64,000 nucleotides of DNA, from contig NW_027142279.1 of assembly GCF_036365525.1 (NCBI RefSeq), positions 682,001-746,000 of the forward strand. The letters are read 5' to 3'. The notes under the pieces are model-generated. The model was not told the origin of the DNA, made no database searches, and saw only the letters and a program-made list of their open reading frames with translations. This document shows, one piece after another, positions 61,954 through 64,000 of the stretch. Source of the stretch: Heterodontus francisci. Lineage: Eukaryota. The translations under genes were made by a program, and so were the position numbers. Position 1 is the stretch's first letter, and the number at the start of each line of letters is the position of its first letter.

Positions 61954-62375
61954 ATTTCAGGAAAGTTGATGAAAAGTTTCGATTAACTAAGCCGGGGCCA
62001 AAAACTCTGCAACAGGGCACTCGTCACAACATATCCTTCAGAAATATGGGAAAGGAGGAGGAGGCTATTGGGTCATATCCCTATCATTGATATGTTGTCA
62101 TTTTCTATTGGTTAGTAACAGTTCGGCATCTGGCAAAACCCATTAGGTCTTTCAGAGGAATTGGATTACAACATAATTAAAATTTATGTCTCAATTGCTA
62201 TTCAATTCATTTAACCACTTGTCAGCTGGTTAGCTGAGCTCGTTAATCTACTTTAACTAGTTGAGATGTCTCCTGTCCATCTTTGAACCGTTTGCACACT
62301 GAGCTTCATTTCTTTCAGTTGAGCTTCTTCATGAAGCACCCTTCTCTCTCTTGTGACATCAAGCAGGCTAATAAA
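61954..62375 (+). pseudogene. TRBC: C exon 4 (cytoplasmic tail ISGKLMKSFD*, 61954-61986) and 3' UTR to AATAAA 62370-62375
   Basis: Strong polypyrimidine tract + cag acceptor; phase 0 matches the end of exon 3; short tail then TAA. Confidence 0.72.
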
Positions 62376-64000
62376 AAGATCTGTGGAAATGATACGCTGT
62401 GGTTTTAACTCTGCTTTTCGCACCTTTACACAACATTTCATCAGGCATTGCAGTTCGCCAGCTCGCAGGAGAAAATGCAGAACAGATACTGAGCTGAAAA
62501 CAACATGACAAACACACAGGAGGAACAGAGTCGAAAGGGGCTCCTGAGGATGGGAGGAAATAACACGGCGGGCACATCAGTATTTTGGAGGAGTTTAGGA
62601 TGGAGGGTCAATAGGGAATGTTAATAAGGGATGCTGGGTGGGTCCCCAGCACAGCTTTTTGTGTGACCGACTGGCTTGCCCAGTCATTTCAGAGTCAGCC
62701 ACATTGTTGCAGGAATGGAGTCACCTTTTAGGCCAGGTTAAAGATGACAGATTTCCTTCTCTCAGTGAGAGATGGGTTTTTCAGGCAATCCAGTAGTTTT
62801 ATGCTCACCATGACTGAGACCAGCTTTTTATCATTTTTTTAAATTCGTTCATAGGATGTGGGCGTCGCTGGCCAGGCCAGCATTTATTGCCCATCTCTAA
62901 TTGCCCTTGAGAAGGTGGTGGTGAGCTGCCTTCTTGAACCACTGCAGTCCATGTGTGGTAGTTACATCCACAGTGCTGTTAGGAAGGGAGTTCCAGGATT
63001 TTGACCCAGCGACAGTGAAGGAACGGAGATATAGTTCCAAGTCAGGATGGTGTGTGACTTGGAGGGGAGCTTGCAGGTGGTGGTGTTCCGATGCATCTGC
63101 TGCCCTTGTCATTCTAGTTGGTAGAGGTCGCGAGTTTGTAAGGTGCTGTCTAAGGAGTCTTTGTGCATTGCTGCAGTGCGTCTTGTAGATGGTACACACT
63201 GCTGTCACTGTGTGTCGGTGGTGGAGGGAGTGAATGTTTATCTAACTCAGTGAACTTACATTATCCACCTTGCTGGGATTCGAATTCACGTCACCAAGTT
63301 ATTAGCCCAGGCCTTTAGATTACTAACCCAGTAACGTAACACTTTGCGACCTTACACTTCAACCTTCTTTTGAGCCTCAGCCCTAGGAGTGGAAAATACA
63401 AATGTGGGCGGGTTTCTATGTGTGATTCACTCACTGTTAAACCCACTCACCAGCCTGTTTTTCTTTCTTAAGCTGTTTAAACGTTTGCAGCTGCACTCTG
63501 ATAACCGCACATCCTGACTGCGTGTTTCCTGTCTCTGTGTCTCTCTGTATAATTCGATTCTGCTGCTGTGTTGTTCTGACAAAGTCTTTCCACAAAAAAA
63601 CATGGAAAGAAAGCAGTACAGAGGAATTTGCAGGTAGTTAGGGCGACGAATTGAATTAACAGGGGAGATAGGAGGAGTTGCACTAGCTGGGTTGATCTTG
63701 CAGAGAGCTGGAATTGACTCGATGGGCCAAATGGCCTCCTTCTGTACTGTAACCAGTCTCTGATTCTATGATAGATTCCCTGTGGTCGGAGAATCTGAAA
63801 ATATATTTGATCAGTCAATCAAGTGTGAAGGAAATGCAACACCCAACATGTTTACATTGCTGACTCTTTATTCCCTCAGGTATAGAAGATTAAACGGTGA
63901 TCTGACTGAGGTGTTTAAAATGACTGAATGTGTTGATAGAGTAGATAGAGATAAACTATATCCTGTTGTTGGGGGCGGGGCACGGGGGCAGAACAAGTTG

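Overview
Vertebrate genomic DNA, almost certainly a cartilaginous fish (shark-type CR1 LINEs, V-SINE/HE1-like and Deu-type SINE pieces, long GA microsatellites, scaffold gaps). The window holds a T-cell-receptor-beta-like rearranging locus, all on the + strand. There are about 17 V genes or relics in three families (1-49.3 kb), most built as leader exon + intron + V exon + 23-bp-spacer RSS. Six look intact; the rest carry stops, frameshifts, RSS or splice defects, deletions or a LINE insertion. Next come one candidate D (52932-52945, 12/23 RSS), one J (53214-53262, 12-RSS, FGGR) and a four-exon C-beta-like gene (56671-61986). Its Ig exon has several frameshifts and a stop, while the hinge, TM and cytoplasmic exons stay open. 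The ORF track shows almost none of the D/J/C parts. Main points: a compact D-J-C unit with a non-canonical D and an apparently divergent, dead C; intact V paralogues differing mainly in CDR1/2; a TRBV30-like V family expanded in direct orientation; and tandem 45-bp arrays of CTCF-like motifs, all pointing toward D-J-C, located just 3' of V RSSs and between the V array and D. Coordinates were counted by hand and may be off by a few bases.
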